DNA from: Yuukianura sp. NJ FZ-2021 | Taxonomy: Eukaryota | Assembly: GCA_046563655.1 (NCBI GenBank) | Contig: CM102290.1 | Location: 14,508,001-14,572,000 of the forward strand | Length of the DNA stretch: 64,000 bases | Direction: 5' to 3' | Part shown: positions 1 through 18,776 of the stretch, piece after piece | Layout of the letters: every line of letters starts with the position of its first letter | Numbering within the stretch: position 1 is the first letter of the stretch | Position numbers and translations under genes: made by a program | The notes under the pieces: model-generated | Database searches by the model: none | The model's input: only the letters and a program-made list of their open reading frames with translations | What the model was told of the DNA's origin: nothing

Positions 1-1205
1 CATGTTTCAATCTTAGTATTTTTAGAATTTCAGTTTGAAGCTTTTGAATAACTTGACTGCTCCAAGCTGAAATTTTGCAACTTTTCTTTTACTGCTTCAA
101 ACAGAAATTCTGAAAATATTTTTGCATAATTTCAGTTTGAAGCAGTGAAGTTGTGCAAAAAGTCTCCTGGAATCATTTTTTTTCTGCACGACTTGACTGC
201 TTCAATTTCAATTATGAATTTTATAATTTCAATTTGACACACAGAATTGTACATGAATTTTCATAATTTCGAATTGAAGTAATGAAGTTGCGAAAATTTT
301 TTAGTAATTTCTAGAAACTTTTCGTATAGCTTCACTGCTTGAAACCGAAATTATGAATTTGATAATTTCTGGTTGAAGTATAGAAATTGTAGGAGAAATA
401 GATTCATAATTTCGGTTTAGAGCAGTGAAGTTGTGCAGAATTTTTCATAATTTTAGGAAACTTTATGCATAGCTTTACTGCTTCAAACCGAAATTATAAA
501 AATTTGTGTCCCATTGCTGTGTGTCCAATTGAAATTATGAAATTCGCAACTCAAATTGAAGCAGTCCAGTTATGCAAGCAAATTAATAATTTCGGGAAAC
601 TTTTTGCACAACTTCACTGCTTCAAACTGAAATTATGCAAAAAATATTTTCAGAATTTAGGCAGTAATATGTGCAAAAGAAAGGTTTCAAGATTTCAGTT
701 TGAAGCGGCAAATTTGTGCAAACGCTACAAACTAAAATTTTGAAAATATTTTGAAATACTTTCATTTTGAAGTAATAAAGTTTTAAAAAGTTTAAACATT
801 CTGAAATTATTCATAATTCCGGGAAACTTTATGTACAACTTCACTGCTCCAAACCGAAATCATGCAAATATTTCTCCTACAATCTCTATGCTTCAAACAG
901 AACTTATGAAATTCATAATATCGGTTTGAAGCAGTGAAGCTAGACAAAAAGTTTACTGAAATTATTGAACTTTTTGCACAACTTCATTACTTCAAACGGA
1001 AATTATGACAATTCATGTACGATTTCAAAAGTGCTGCTTAAAACGGAGATTTTGAAACTTTTCTTTTGTACAGAATTGCTGCTTCAAACCGAAATTCTGA
1101 AAATATTTTGCCATAATTCCTGTTTGAAGCAGTGAAGCTTTGCAAAAAGTTTCCCGGAATTATGAAAAGTTTTGCACAACTTCGCTGCTCCAAACTGAAA
1201 TTAGA
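1..1205. repeat. Degenerate array of ~40-bp units (TGCACAACTTCACTGCTTCAAACCGAAATTATGAA) in alternating orientation
   Basis: ACTTCACTGCTTCAAA and its reverse complement TTTGAAGCAGTGAAGT recur head-to-head and tail-to-tail throughout. ORFs here are spurious. Confidence 0.9.
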
Positions 1206-1318
1206 ATTTCTAGGTTATGGTATTTTGGATTGAATAAGTAACTAACCTAACATTAATTTTAAATAATATAATAATAACATAATAATAATAATAAAACTGA
1301 ATTTTATGCTTCCAAGTC

Positions 1319-3636
1319 TAATTCAATGTTAGGACAAATCGCATCTGCAGTTTAGTCTCCAAAGACTTATTTTATAACAAAAAAAGGCATTACTGGAGTT
1401 CAGGTTTTGCAAAAAAGAAAAAGTTTCTCTCAAGCTCACTTTTTCATAAAGAGTGGACTTTTATATAAAATTTCAGAGTATTCCATGTTAAAAACATTGC
1501 TGCTTTTTAGAAATTCACTTTTTTTGAAAAATTGAACACATTTTGAGCGCCAAGGTCAAGCTTGTGGTGAATGGCCAAGGTCACAGGTGAGATTAGCTAA
1601 GGTCAAGTCGGAGTATTCAGTCATTTTCAGTTTCAAAATAGATTTAAATTAGTTTTAAGCAATAATTATCTTATAATGATTATTTTAGATTAATTATTTT
1701 ATATTAATTAAGGAGGGTATAGTAAGGTAAACACCTACAAACACAAATTTAACCTAATTTTCAACACACAAAAGTTTAGTTGGCTTTGAAGTTGTGCAAA
1801 AGTGAGAGAAAAATTGATTTCACCAACTCTTCTTTTTGCAAAATTTTAAAATTTCGAAAATTGGTAAACATTTTTAATTTTAATTTGATTTCAGAAGAAG
1901 AGTTTACTAACTTTTCAGTTTTCTGCCAAAGCGGTTCGCTCAATTTGAGATTTAACTTGGTTTGTTTTAAAAAAGGAACGTTTGCTTTAACTTTCAGTTG
2001 AACAGAGAAAGAGAGGTCAAAGGTCAAACAAACTATGTATCACAAGTATGTATGCATGTTTGTATCACACCCGAAATTATGAAAAATTATGTACAATTTC
2101 TGTGTGTCAAATCGAAAATATGAAATTCACAATTTCAGATTGAAGCAGTAAAGTTGTGCAAAATTCTTCGTAATTTCGGGAAATTTTCTGCACAACTTCA
2201 CTGCTTCAAACCGAAATTGTGACAAAATATTTTCAGAATTTCAGCAGCAATATATGCAAAAGAAAAGTTTCACAATTTCAGTTTGAAGGAGTGAAGTTGT
2301 GCAAAAACTGAAATTCTGAAAATATTTTATCATACTCTCCGTTTAATGTGTAAAGTTCAGCATTCGCGAAACGACCCTTCTATACTACACTTCTTACAAT
2401 GTTGCAATTTGTGTGGTTCAAACTGAAATTATGAAATTCAGAATTTCAGTTTTGAAGCATAGAAATTGTGAAACATTTTCATAATTTCGGTTTGGAGAAG
2501 TGAAGTAGTACAAAGACTTAAAACTTCAAGTCAAGATCATTTACACTTTACTTAAACTTTACTGGTTCAAACGGAAAGTGTTTCAAAATATTTTCAGAAT
2601 TTCAGCTTGGAGCTTTTGCACAACTTCACTGCTTCAAATTGAAAATGTGAAACTCTTCTTTTGCACATACTGCTGCTGAAATTCAGAAAATATTTTGTCG
2701 AAAGTTTTCAACATAATAAAAAAAAATTCATGTTGTATGCCGTACACTAAATTCTGCATGTGTGAATAATGCGTTACAATGTTATTATGCAGGTATAGTT
2801 ACTCTTCGGCAGAGACAAACCAAGTTAAAAATACTCTATTCAATTATAATTATATATTAATATAATTAAATTAACATTAACATTTAATTAAAGTTATTTG
2901 TGATACACAGTTTGACCTTTGACCTCTCACTTTTTCTGTTCCACTGAAAGTTAAAGCAAAAGTTCCATTTTTTAAAACAAAACAAGATTGATTTTCAAAT
3001 TGAGCAAACCGCTTTGATTGAAAACGGAAAAGTTACTAAACTCTTCTTCTGAAATCAAATTAAAATTAAAAATGTTTACCAATTTTCGAAATGTTTAAAT
3101 TTTGCAAAAACAAGAGTTGTTGAAATCGACTTTTTCCTCTCGCTCTTGCGCAACTTCAAAGCCATCTTAACGTTTTTGTGTTGAAAATTAGGTAAAATTT
3201 GTGTTTGTAGATGTTTACCTAACCATTCCCTCCTTAATCAATATAAAATAATTGATATAAAGTAATTATTATAAGATAATTATTGCTTAAAACTAATTTA
3301 AATCTATTTTGAAACTGAAAATGACTGAATACTCCGACTTGACCTTTGCTAATCTCACCTCTGACCTTGGCCATTCACCACAAAATTGACCTTTGTTCTC
3401 AAAATGTGTTGAGTTTTTCAAAAAAGTGAATTTCTAAAAAGCAGAATGTTTTTAATATGAAATACTCTAAAATTTCATGGAAAAGTCCACTTTTTATGAA
3501 AGATTGGGCTTTGGAGAAACTGTGATTGTGTTTTGCAAAACCTGAACTCCAGAAAGGCCTTTTTTTGTTATAAAATAAGTCTTGCGAGACTCAACTGCAG
3601 ATCGATTCCATTGATTCATTTCTTACATTGAATTAA
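1319..3636. mobile_element. Long inverted repeat (arms ~1319-2046 and ~2897-3636), foldback/MITE-like non-autonomous element
   Basis: GACTTATTTTATAACAAAAAAAAGGC...CTGGAGTTCAGGTTTTGCAAAA (~1364-1414) is matched in reverse complement at ~3531-3581. GAGAGGTCAAAGGTCAAAC at 2011 is matched at ~2910. No transposase ORF. Confidence 0.75.
2070..2700. repeat. Second block of the alternating ~40-bp repeat family, inside the inverted-repeat spacer
   Basis: Same CTTCACTGCTTCAAA unit; ~2071-2320 is a direct copy of ~4469-4715. Confidence 0.85.
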
Positions 3637-3654
3637 ACTTTTGTGAGATAAAAT

Positions 3655-3930
3655 TTACCGCTTTGATTGGAAACAGTGAAGTTAGTAAACGTTTTTTTAA
3701 AAATCAAATTAAAAACTTTTAAAATTTTTGGGAATTTTTAAATTCGAAAACAAGATTTGGTAAAGTTGGTGATATGAATTAATTTTTTAGCAATCTTGCA
3801 TAAGTTCAAAGACGACTAAAGTTTTAAGTGTTGAAAATTACGTAAAAGTTATGTTTTTAGGTGTTTACCACTCTATTCCCTCCTTAATTAATATAAAATA
3901 ATCAATATAAATCAATTATTTCTTAAAACT
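3655..3930. repeat. Partial third copy of the inverted-repeat arm (same orientation as arm 2)
   Basis: CCGCTTTGATTG...GTTGAAAATTA...ATTCCCTCCTTAATTAATATAAAATAAT repeats ~3009-3260. Confidence 0.7.
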
Positions 3931-4429
3931 AAAAGTTATGAATATTATATTAATGTAAATCCGCTGTTCTGTCATTGAGTTTATGAAACCAAAACTGAAA
4001 TTTCAAAATTCATCGTTGCATGGACTTAAAAATTAAGAAATTTTGAAATTTCTTGTAAAAAATTCCAAATTTAATTGCTTTTTGTGTAAAATTGTGAAAT
4101 GAGGAGTGAATTACGGCAAAAACAATGTTGAAACAGAGCAGAATGGAGATTGGAAGTCGCTGATTCGTCCTTGTAGTTTCTTTGCCCATGTTTCTTCGAC
4201 ACGCTTCAATTAACAAATCAACGATTGTTTGCTAAATTTGCGGAAAATTGGCAATTTCCAAAGTCCAAATTTCAAAGTTGCCAAATTTTGTGCAGAGGGA
4301 CGCAGCAGGAGTCTGTGCCAACTTCATAACTTTAAAAACTGTGCTCCACTTTCACCAATTCTGCCAAAATATTGGCAAAAACACCAAAAAATTATTATTG
4401 GTTAAACGAGAATCTACAAAAATGTTCAA

Positions 4430-4720
4430 AATTTCGAGAAGCTTATTGCACAACTTCAGTGCTTCAAACCGAAATCATGAAAAATTCGGCACAATTTCTG
4501 TGTGTTAAATCGAAATTCTGAAATTCACAATTTCAGATTGGAGCACTAAAGTTGTGCAAAATTCTTCGTAATTTCCCGAGATATTCTGCACAACTTCACT
4601 GCTTCAAACCGAAATTGTGACAAAATGTTTTAAGAATTTCAGCAGCAGTAGGTGAAAGGCGAAGGATTCAAAATTTCAGTTTGAAACAGTCAAGTTGTGC
4701 AAAATTTTTCATAATTTCGA
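4430..4720. repeat. Third block of the alternating ~40-bp repeat family
   Basis: Near-identical to ~2071-2320 over ~250 bp. Confidence 0.85.
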
Positions 4721-6720
4721 GAATCCAGAAAATCCAAACTTTTTTTATCTGCGTCACTAATTTTTGTGTTTCTGCAGCATTTTCACTAAAAAGTCTCACA
4801 ATTCAGTGAAATTCACTTTGCACTTTACACATTCACAATTGTTGGGTTAATTTTTTGGTTTTAGCGTAACAAACCAACTGAAAACCAAAATTCATCGCAA
4901 AAACTATGTAGCTCATCTGAAAAAAAGTTTTGCTGTTGAGAAATTGACCAACTTTCCACTTGGAAGTTCAACTGGGAACTGAAACTGAAAAAACAGAGTT
5001 GGTTTTAGCATGTGCCAAAAACTTAAAGTGTGTTTGATAACAATGAATTCAAGTGAGAAACTAAACAAAGGGAGGAACAATTGAATTGACAATGATTCAC
5101 ATGGAATGATTGTTGCGGAGGAAGTGGATGGGAGTTAACAATGCAAAAGTAACAAATGCTAACAAAACTAAAAAAACGCTGGTCATTTAACTCTGCTCAA
5201 AGAAATGCTAAAAACAGTTCCCGTTAGATCAAAAAAATTCCAAAAACTTCAAAATTTCAACAAATTCTAAAAAAAAGTTCAGAAACCCAAGAGTTTTGGG
5301 AAAAGAAAAAAGTTTAACAAAACATTTTTGCTTAGCTTTGGTGCTCCTACCAAAAGTTTTTTTCATAATTTCGCTTTTTCTCCATTCCATTTCTCATTTG
5401 AAAATGTAGTACAAACTAATTAATTAGAAATATAATAATAATTAATTACTTAAAACGTAAATAGTGTTAACATAAAATTATGATTTCACTTTGGTTTTGA
5501 TTTTACCTTATGCTTTAACTTTAAGATTCACCTTACTGTATAACTTTGACACAATTTTAGTAAAACTGAGGAAGTTAATTGTCTTTGGAACTTTTATTTA
5601 GGCTAATTGCGGATTAAATTAAACTAATTTAGTAAATTGTTAAATTATGGAAGACGCTCTACACACTGAGTGTGAGTAACAACTGAAAAGCATTTCGTTT
5701 TTGATGCGACGAAGAAAAACTTGAACTTCCGGAGGAAGTGAGGTTCGTTGCACAACAATAGTTTTTTGGTTGTACCTTCCAAGAATAGACGCTAACAATT
5801 AGAAACTTTAATTTAATCAGGAAGTTAATCACAATTAACTAAAAATTCAACTCAAGTTGACCAAAATTCATTTTAACTGAATTTGATTTTGGGATTCAAT
5901 CTCAGCCGCAAAATCAAGTTGATGAAAAACTGCTTTTGTATTCAATTTTCACTAAAGACGAAACCTGAAAACTATTAGTGGCGTTGAAGTTATACAAAAA
6001 TCGATTCATTGGCCATGCGTTGATTAATCTTTAATTAACTTAGGTTAAGATTAAGTTAATTATTGGAAAAGTAATTAATATACCATATTATACATAATTA
6101 ATTATAATTAAATCAATTAAAAGAGACGCAAAGGTGACGTGAGACATCTGCCGCAGCGCAGCGGAAGTTCAGAGGCCAACGCCGTCGTTTTTTCTACTCC
6201 GCCTTCTCATTTTAACAAAAAAGCGTGACTTGGCCTCTCTTTTGCAGTGCTGATCAGGTTGACCTCTTGACCTTTCGCTTCTCGTCTTCAGCTGACCTTG
6301 ACGTTCGTTAATCGTTTCGTGACCTACCTTACCTGTGTTTTTAAACGACGGTAAGCATTATAGAAGTCGTGCAATTGTTAACTTGCCGTGACCTGGCTGA
6401 CCTTTGACCGGCCTCGGCCTGATTCTATCGGACTCTCAATTAATTGATTAATCCATGTGTAGGTATGACGTATGACCCCTTCAGGGTCAACTTCTGAACA
6501 ATATCAACCTATAACTGCTTATATCTTTGCAGGTAGACCGGAAAACATCGGTATCCGACCTGCACCTTGACCTGGACCAGGCCTGATTCAGGTTACTTCG
6601 ATTAATTCGTAAACTACTTACTTTTTAGCAACTTTAACTACCCTTAAATACTCATTTACTCCCAATCATTCGTTTATTTACGTTTACGGTTGTGTATTTC
6701 AGGTAGACTACTACCGTAGA

Positions 6721-8936
6721 ATGCCGGGCGTATGGATAACGAATGTACCGGGGAGACGAATCATATGCCGCCGACTGCGGTTCATGTGGTTGCGTGAACA
6801 TGACTTCTTGGAGGTATTACTGGATGAGTTCCTCGTAGCCCCTGGTATCTCTGCTCCTCTACCCCACTTCAATGTATCTCTGGCTGTGGACTTGGACGGA
6901 AGTGGAGGAGGGATCTCTACATACGGCCCTAAAACATTGTACAACAGTGACAAACTGAGATTGACATACTGGATTGGACCACTACTGCGTGACCCACGGA
7001 AACCCATCAAGTTGTCGCACTACGACAAAGGATACGTTGTCCAACGGATCACACCGGAATACACAAGTAAGTTACAAACTACAGGACAAACAGGTGTAGT
7101 AAGGTGTTTAACATAACGATTTAACGACGTCATGTATCTAATCACTGGACAGTTAAATTCAACAGTATAAAAGTACTGGAAGTACTGGATTTAGATTCAA
7201 TTGAATTCGGAGACTGACACTGCCAGTATCACGGTTTTGTGCAAAGTCGAGTAGAATTTAAACTCAAATTAGTTAAAAATGGGATTGACACTTGTGTCAA
7301 TTGACGTTAATTGTTGTGATTAGTATCTTTTTTTTGTATGTTTTGCAGTGAACATGGACGTTGTGAGTGTGAAGAAGGAAGATGACCTCTCATCTGGTGG
7401 TGGATATATTTTAAACGTCGTGATGGACTCCAACGGAACTGCCACTGCTCAAACGGCACAAGGAACACAAGGCGATGGACATGCAGGGCTAGGTGTCACC
7501 ATTCTGTCACCACCACAAGTAATCAATTAACCAACATTTTCAATTGAAATTAACAATTCGTCATTCAGTTTGTCATTTTCGAACTGAATTCGTATCATAT
7601 GGAACCATTTGTGTAATTTATTTATGCTATTTTTCCAGCTCCTGAATAATACCAACACTACTCACACTCAGCCACTGGTCATTCAAGGCTTAGGCGGCGC
7701 TGGCACCGTTCCGCTCATGAATCTAGGCAGTCTAGGCAATCTACAGGTTAGGAATTAATTGATTTTAGTTCAGTTTCTTTAAATACTTGGCAAGTATTCA
7801 TACTTGGTCCGTATTTCAAGTAATTCTTAACATCCAGCATATCATATACATCGTAAATGAGAAAATCTAATTCATCAAGTTGTCATTCTATGACTTTTTT
7901 TCAGGCTCAGCTGTCCAATGGAGCCCAGTTACTCCAAACTGCCGATGGACAAACGTTTCTATTCAATCCCATGTCAGGCGTGGACTCTGCCCAGCAAAGT
8001 ACAGCAGCCAACTTGTTAGCTCTAAACAATACTCTGATTCCTCTCGCTTCAACCTCTGGAGGTTCCACTGGCAATGGAACTTTAGGAATCCCTCAGACTG
8101 TTTCTGTCTCTAATAATTTCGTAAGTTGAATTCAAAAATCCTACTAAAATCTTCAAAATCTAAAAGAATTCAAAGATTTCAATTGATTTTGTTCTTTCAG
8201 GGTGTCACTGGCGGAGTATCTCAACTAAACCGCCTACAAACCCAAACGGCTGAAGCCGTAGAAGAGGAGCCCTTATACGTAAATGCTAAGCAGTACCATC
8301 GAATACTAAAAAGAAGACAGGCGAGAGCCAACCTAGAAGCCTCCGGTAGAATACCCAAAGAACGTCCTGTAAGTCCAGCTTCATCTAATACAAAAACATA
8401 TTTTTGGAAAACTTTTTTTTTCGAAACTTCAAAATTTTGAAAAATCCTGTACTTTGATTTTACAGAAATACTTGCACGAATCAAGACATAAACATGCCAT
8501 GAACCGTGTCCGGGGAGAGGGCGGGCGATTCCATTCTGGATCAAGAAAAAGGTAATGATTACGGCCAGTTTCACGATACTAGCAGATTACTAGAAGTAAT
8601 GGATTACTAGCAGATTATTTCTAGTAATCGATTACTAGAACCCAGATTTTGTACATTTAATTGAGTAATCACAATCAGCTAATTTGTTAATTGATTTACA
8701 GAAAAGGAAATAACAGTTCCTCGTCAGTAGAACCTTCATCCTCCTCCGTTGCTACAAATATCACTACCACCACAAACACAAATGGACTAGAAGTTCTACC
8801 TGCCGGTACAAGTTTAATTGTGACTCAAGGACTCAAGACGTCCAATGGTGACACGACTCTCGTCAACTCAGCCCAACCAAGGTCCATTGGAATCAAAGCT
8901 TCTAACCACACGAGCACCATCAACCTTGGTTTCTGA
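6721..8936 (+). CDS. NFYA: Nuclear transcription factor Y subunit alpha. Exons ~6721-7066 (extra N-terminal exon, less certain), 7349-7518, 7640-7746, 7905-8099, 8201-8368, 8466-8551, 8702-8936
   Basis: HAP2/CBF-B domain EEPLYVNAKQYHRILKRRQARANLEASGRIPKERP|KYLHESRHKHAMNRVRGEGGRFHS; Q/T/G-rich N-terminal region; GT-AG introns keep frame. Confidence 0.95.
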
Positions 8937-10287
8937 AATGCATCACTCTGCACACCGAGGTCACCGAGGTCAATCGATTGCACAAAAATCGGGAAATCGA
9001 TGATGATGATGAAATCGGGAAATCTTTGTGTCATTGGTCTCATATCTCCAGAGAGCTCCGCAGTACCCAGTTTAAGTTAAGATCTGACGATTCATGAAGA
9101 TTAAGGTCCAAAAAGTTAGTTAAGTTCAATGACTAATTAATGATTTATATTATATTAATCATAATCGAAATAACTTTTAAGCTAAGTAACATTTTCAAGA
9201 GTTCAAACGTTATTAGACAAAGTTACTAAAATTATGAATAGTTTTGTCTAAAAAAATGGATGTTTTTAAACGAAAAAAAAATTAAGATTAAAATTTTTTA
9301 TTTAATCTTAAGTTTAAAAATTTTCTGTAGAATTTCCTGAAAATCGTTTTCAGATTTGAAGTCAAATAAATTTTTCGAATTTTTTGAACTTTTTTGTCAG
9401 CCAGCAAAACCAGGTTAATTTTTGTGCAAAGTGGAAAATCCCGTTTTAGAAAAAAAGTTTTGAATAATTTTCAATTTCTGAAAAAGTTGGGTTTCGTTGT
9501 ATGATGGAATTCTTATTGCCATTTCCATTAAATTTTGGTCTAAATTTCATATAAGTTAATTACACTTAAAATTTCCCTTAATTAATATAATTAAGTAAAG
9601 TTAATTAATGCTTGTTTTAGTATACTGTGAATGTTTCCTTGTTATTTTGTCATCACTAAAAACAAATTATTCGTTAATCTCTGCTTTTCTAACAAAACAC
9701 ACATTGTTTAAAACTAAACACAGAGAAACAGGTCACAAATTCGTCCTTAACTTTCTACCAAAAAAATTATTGTCACTTTTTCCATTTTTTGAGCAATTAT
9801 ATGAAAAATATAGGAGGGAAACTGTTTTCGTTAGTCGCAAATTTAAAAATTTTCAAAAAAAAAGATGTGGGAATGCCAAAGGTCAAAGGTCAACTAAAAA
9901 ACTGAAGGACGAAAAAGCACAGGTTGGACAATTTGCTTAGTAAATAAGATTAAGGCAGCAGAAAAGTTGACTTTAGCGTTACGTTAGCCTAGTTTTCAAA
10001 AAAAAGTGGAAGACAAGTTTTTAAAAACAAAGATTTGGTATCATGGAAGACTCAAATCGCTGAAACGCTGAACCGCTAAGAGCCCAATTGCTAGTGTTCA
10101 ACGACGCTGAAGTGAATAAGTCAATCGCTGAAATTCTACGACGCTGATACGAATTTTGTAATTGCCGAACTCCAATGCCGTCGACCGGAACCAAGCAATC
10201 GCTGGACTTCAGTGACGCTGAAATCAACTTTTTGAATCGCTGAAACTACGACACTGGAACCCAATTTTTGCAATCGCTGCAGCGTCA

Positions 10288-15589
<5,302 letters not shown>

Positions 15590-16692
15590 TGTAGTTGAGT
15601 GACACGGTTAAAATGCTCATTTAGTAATTACAACCAACTCTCAATTAATCACTCTCCAACTAAACAGTTGTTCTCAGTAAATCAGATACTAAATTATCCA
15701 TTTGCTGCCGTTGTTGTTATTAAATTCAAAAGTACGAGTTTACTCAATCCAGGCCAAATCTTTGAACATATTCAACTAGTACCTGTGGAATTTATTTCAG
15801 GGCCGTAAATCACTGATGATTTTGGCAGACGTAAAAGTTAATCATGCATGAGGGTGATATTTAGAATATAAAATACGCAGATTTAAATATTTACAACCAA
15901 ATTTAAAATTTTGCAAGTCTGTAGGCATTTATAGTGCAGCTGGAAATTACTCAAATACTATGTAGTCATTTAGTAGTAATATAACAATTTTTTTTCTAAA
16001 GTAAGATGATTGTAATTTGTTTTTAATAAAAACAGATCATGGTGTTTATTTTACGACATAAATACAACATTGACCTTGAAGTGTAAATGGTTTATTTAAT
16101 ATTCAATTCAACAGTACTAACTAATTTTTACGCTTTTAATTAGTTTAGGGTTTATGATAAATCAATTGTTTGAGACGGTCCTGAACCCAGGTGGGGCGGT
16201 GATTGGGGAGGGAGTTTGAAATTGAGGAAAATGAGTTCAACAATTTAATTGAATTTCTCCCGGGCTTTCTGGTCTTATAATAAATCTCGTCATCATATAA
16301 ATGACATAAAATAATACATAGAGTATTTAAATTAAGTAACATAATTGAAAACCAATTAAAAATTATTAGTTAATTGGAAAACTAATTTGTCAAAGTTTAT
16401 ACATTAAAAGTATTTGAGACAATAGTGAAAAGTTAAGACGGGAAAAATGAGACACTACTTTTTCAAAAACCAAAATTTAAAATTCTGAAACCCGCGAACA
16501 CGGTTTTCTGTGATTTCTTTGCATAATAAAAAAAACACCAAACAAGAAAACAAGATTACAAGCAAATTAGAAATTTAAGCGTTTTTCAATTATAATTTTT
16601 TCAAATTCAATTATCAATTAGTTGATTGATAAATTCAACTAATTGCTCAACTAATTAGTTGACCGGTGAACTACAGGTTAGTACTAGAAAGG

Positions 16693-18776
16693 ATGTTGCG
16701 ACATGTGACATCCCCCTTTGTAAAATTCAGCGATTACCTGCAGCGCCGGAGACTTCAGGCTCAAAAATCTCTTCTAATCCAGGTACGAATCTTAACGATT
16801 TATGATTAACAAAATTAATTAATAAACGTTTTTGATACGTAGATCAATGGAGCCAACTCCATATCCAATGTAGGATCTTACTTGACATCCCAGTTTGGTC
16901 CTTTGTCACACCTCTTCCACTACACTCTGCCCTCAAAATCAAATCATGGAATGACCTCAAGTACATCCAGCAGTATGTCATCAGTATCTACCAGTTCCTA
17001 TGATCACTGGGTCCTTGCTGAATTCAAGACATCAGAAGACCATAGGAAGGCTGTAGAATCCTGTCGGAGTGCAGATGGAACTTTGCCTTTCGTGTCTTCA
17101 ATGTGTTGGTTTGGTCAACCTGTGTCAGGCTCTCCAAAAGCAAAAGGCAAAGCTAGAATGGCCGATTTCAAGGTCGTCACGGAGAGACTGAGTAAACCGG
17201 CTGATCTAATTGATTTCTCAGCAGCAAAATCAGTAAGTCATCATCAGAAATGTGTAGTACATCAGAAATCAGAAAATCAGTTGAAAAACATAAAACAATG
17301 AAAACGTTTTGTTTTAATTTTAGCTCAACAGTCAAATGGTGGTGCTGGAGAATTCGTTGAAAATTACAGAACTTGGTGTTCGTGTGAGATTTCTTGTGGC
17401 ACATCACCTGGAACAGAGTCTTTCTAGCTTCTTTCCAAGCGGTTGCATTTTGCCGTTCGGTTCAACTGTTTCTGGAATCGGGCGACTCGGAGGTGACCTT
17501 GACCTGGTCCTGCTCCCTGATAAGGTCAACTTTCAAATCTAACTGCTAAACTTAACTTTTTCCCTCAAATTTTTCTGAGATTGAAAGTTATTTGTTGATT
17601 CTAGACTGAAGTTTTCCCTGCTCAGAATTCCAGTAGCCCGTCCAGACTGTTTTACCAGTCCAAGTTATACACAATGACAACTTCCAGCACATCACGGTTC
17701 CAAGTGCAGAGGGTGATGGAGACTGTGGCTGATGTCATGCAACTGTTCGTTCCAGGATGCACTCAAGTCCAGAGGATACTCCAGGCACGAGTGCCAATTC
17801 TCCGCTTCAGGAACGAATTCACCGATACACAATGTGACCTCTGCATGTCCAACTCGTAAGACATCAAAACTTAACTTCAATTAATTCTTGATTAACTAAT
17901 TAATTGGATTGTTACAGAAGTGGAGTGTTCATGTCGGAACTAGTTTATATCATGGCCTCACTCGACTCAAGATTTGTATCCATTTTGTTTACTATAAGAA
18001 GCTGGGCTTCCGGAAGGAAAATTACGAATCCAATTCCAGGAAGACAGCCGACCAACTTCATGCTCGTTCTACTCCTCATCTACTACCTCCAATGTCGCAA
18101 AATACTGCCGAGTCTCGATCTGCTCTTCAACAATGCCAGTCAGTTCAAAATTTTGAAAACATTTCAGAAATAATTTGGGTTTTTGAAAAAAAAAACTTTT
18201 GTTTTCAGGTACTGATGACCAACGCACGACTGCTGATGGGAACCAAGTTTCGTTTGTGCGAGACGCTGATAAAATTTTGAATTACTTCACTCCACAAGAC
18301 CAAGACGCCTCTTTAGCAGAACTACTTTACTCCTTTTTCCAATTTTACTCTGAATTTGATTTTGCTTCCAAAGGAATTTCACTTTTCACTCCAACGGCAT
18401 GGGGAAAACCAGAATCTGGACCCATGTACATTCAGAATCCACTGGAACGACATCTCAACGTCGCTCGAAATGTGTCCAAAGAAGAGATCTCCAGATTCAA
18501 AAGTAATCGATTAATGAAATTACGCCAAAATTATCCTAAAAAGGGAGTATGGTTGTGACGAAACAAGTTTTTTTTTTGTTAGATGAATGCTGTGCAGCCT
18601 TATGGAAACTAGAAACTTCAATCAACCATGCCAAAGAGTCATCACTAACCGGAGAAAGTTCAGCAGGATTTTGTGACGTTTCACTACAAGACCTTCTACT
18701 GTCACCACAATCACAGAAACTATCCAGCAGTGGTGCTCCGCAATCGCTACGAATGAAAGATCTTTTATTAGACTAA
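16693..18776 (+). CDS. MTPAP: Mitochondrial poly(A) polymerase-like non-canonical nucleotidyltransferase, multi-exon
   Basis: FSDYLQRRRLQAQKSLLIQ N-terminal helix; catalytic FGSTVSGIGRLGGDLDLVL; ILQARVPILRF...QCDLCMSN; PAP-associated FFQFYSEFDF...YIQNPLERHLNVARNVS. Confidence 0.9.

Noticed and set aside
4010..4216. Minus-strand ORF with a hydrophobic stretch (MGKETTRTNQRLPISILLCFNIVFAVI)
   Set aside because: No recognisable homology or splice donor; runs into AT-rich low-complexity sequence.
1..4720. CRISPR-like appearance of regularly recurring ~35-40-bp units
   Set aside because: Units are degenerate, alternate in orientation and lack unique spacers; no cas genes; eukaryotic context.
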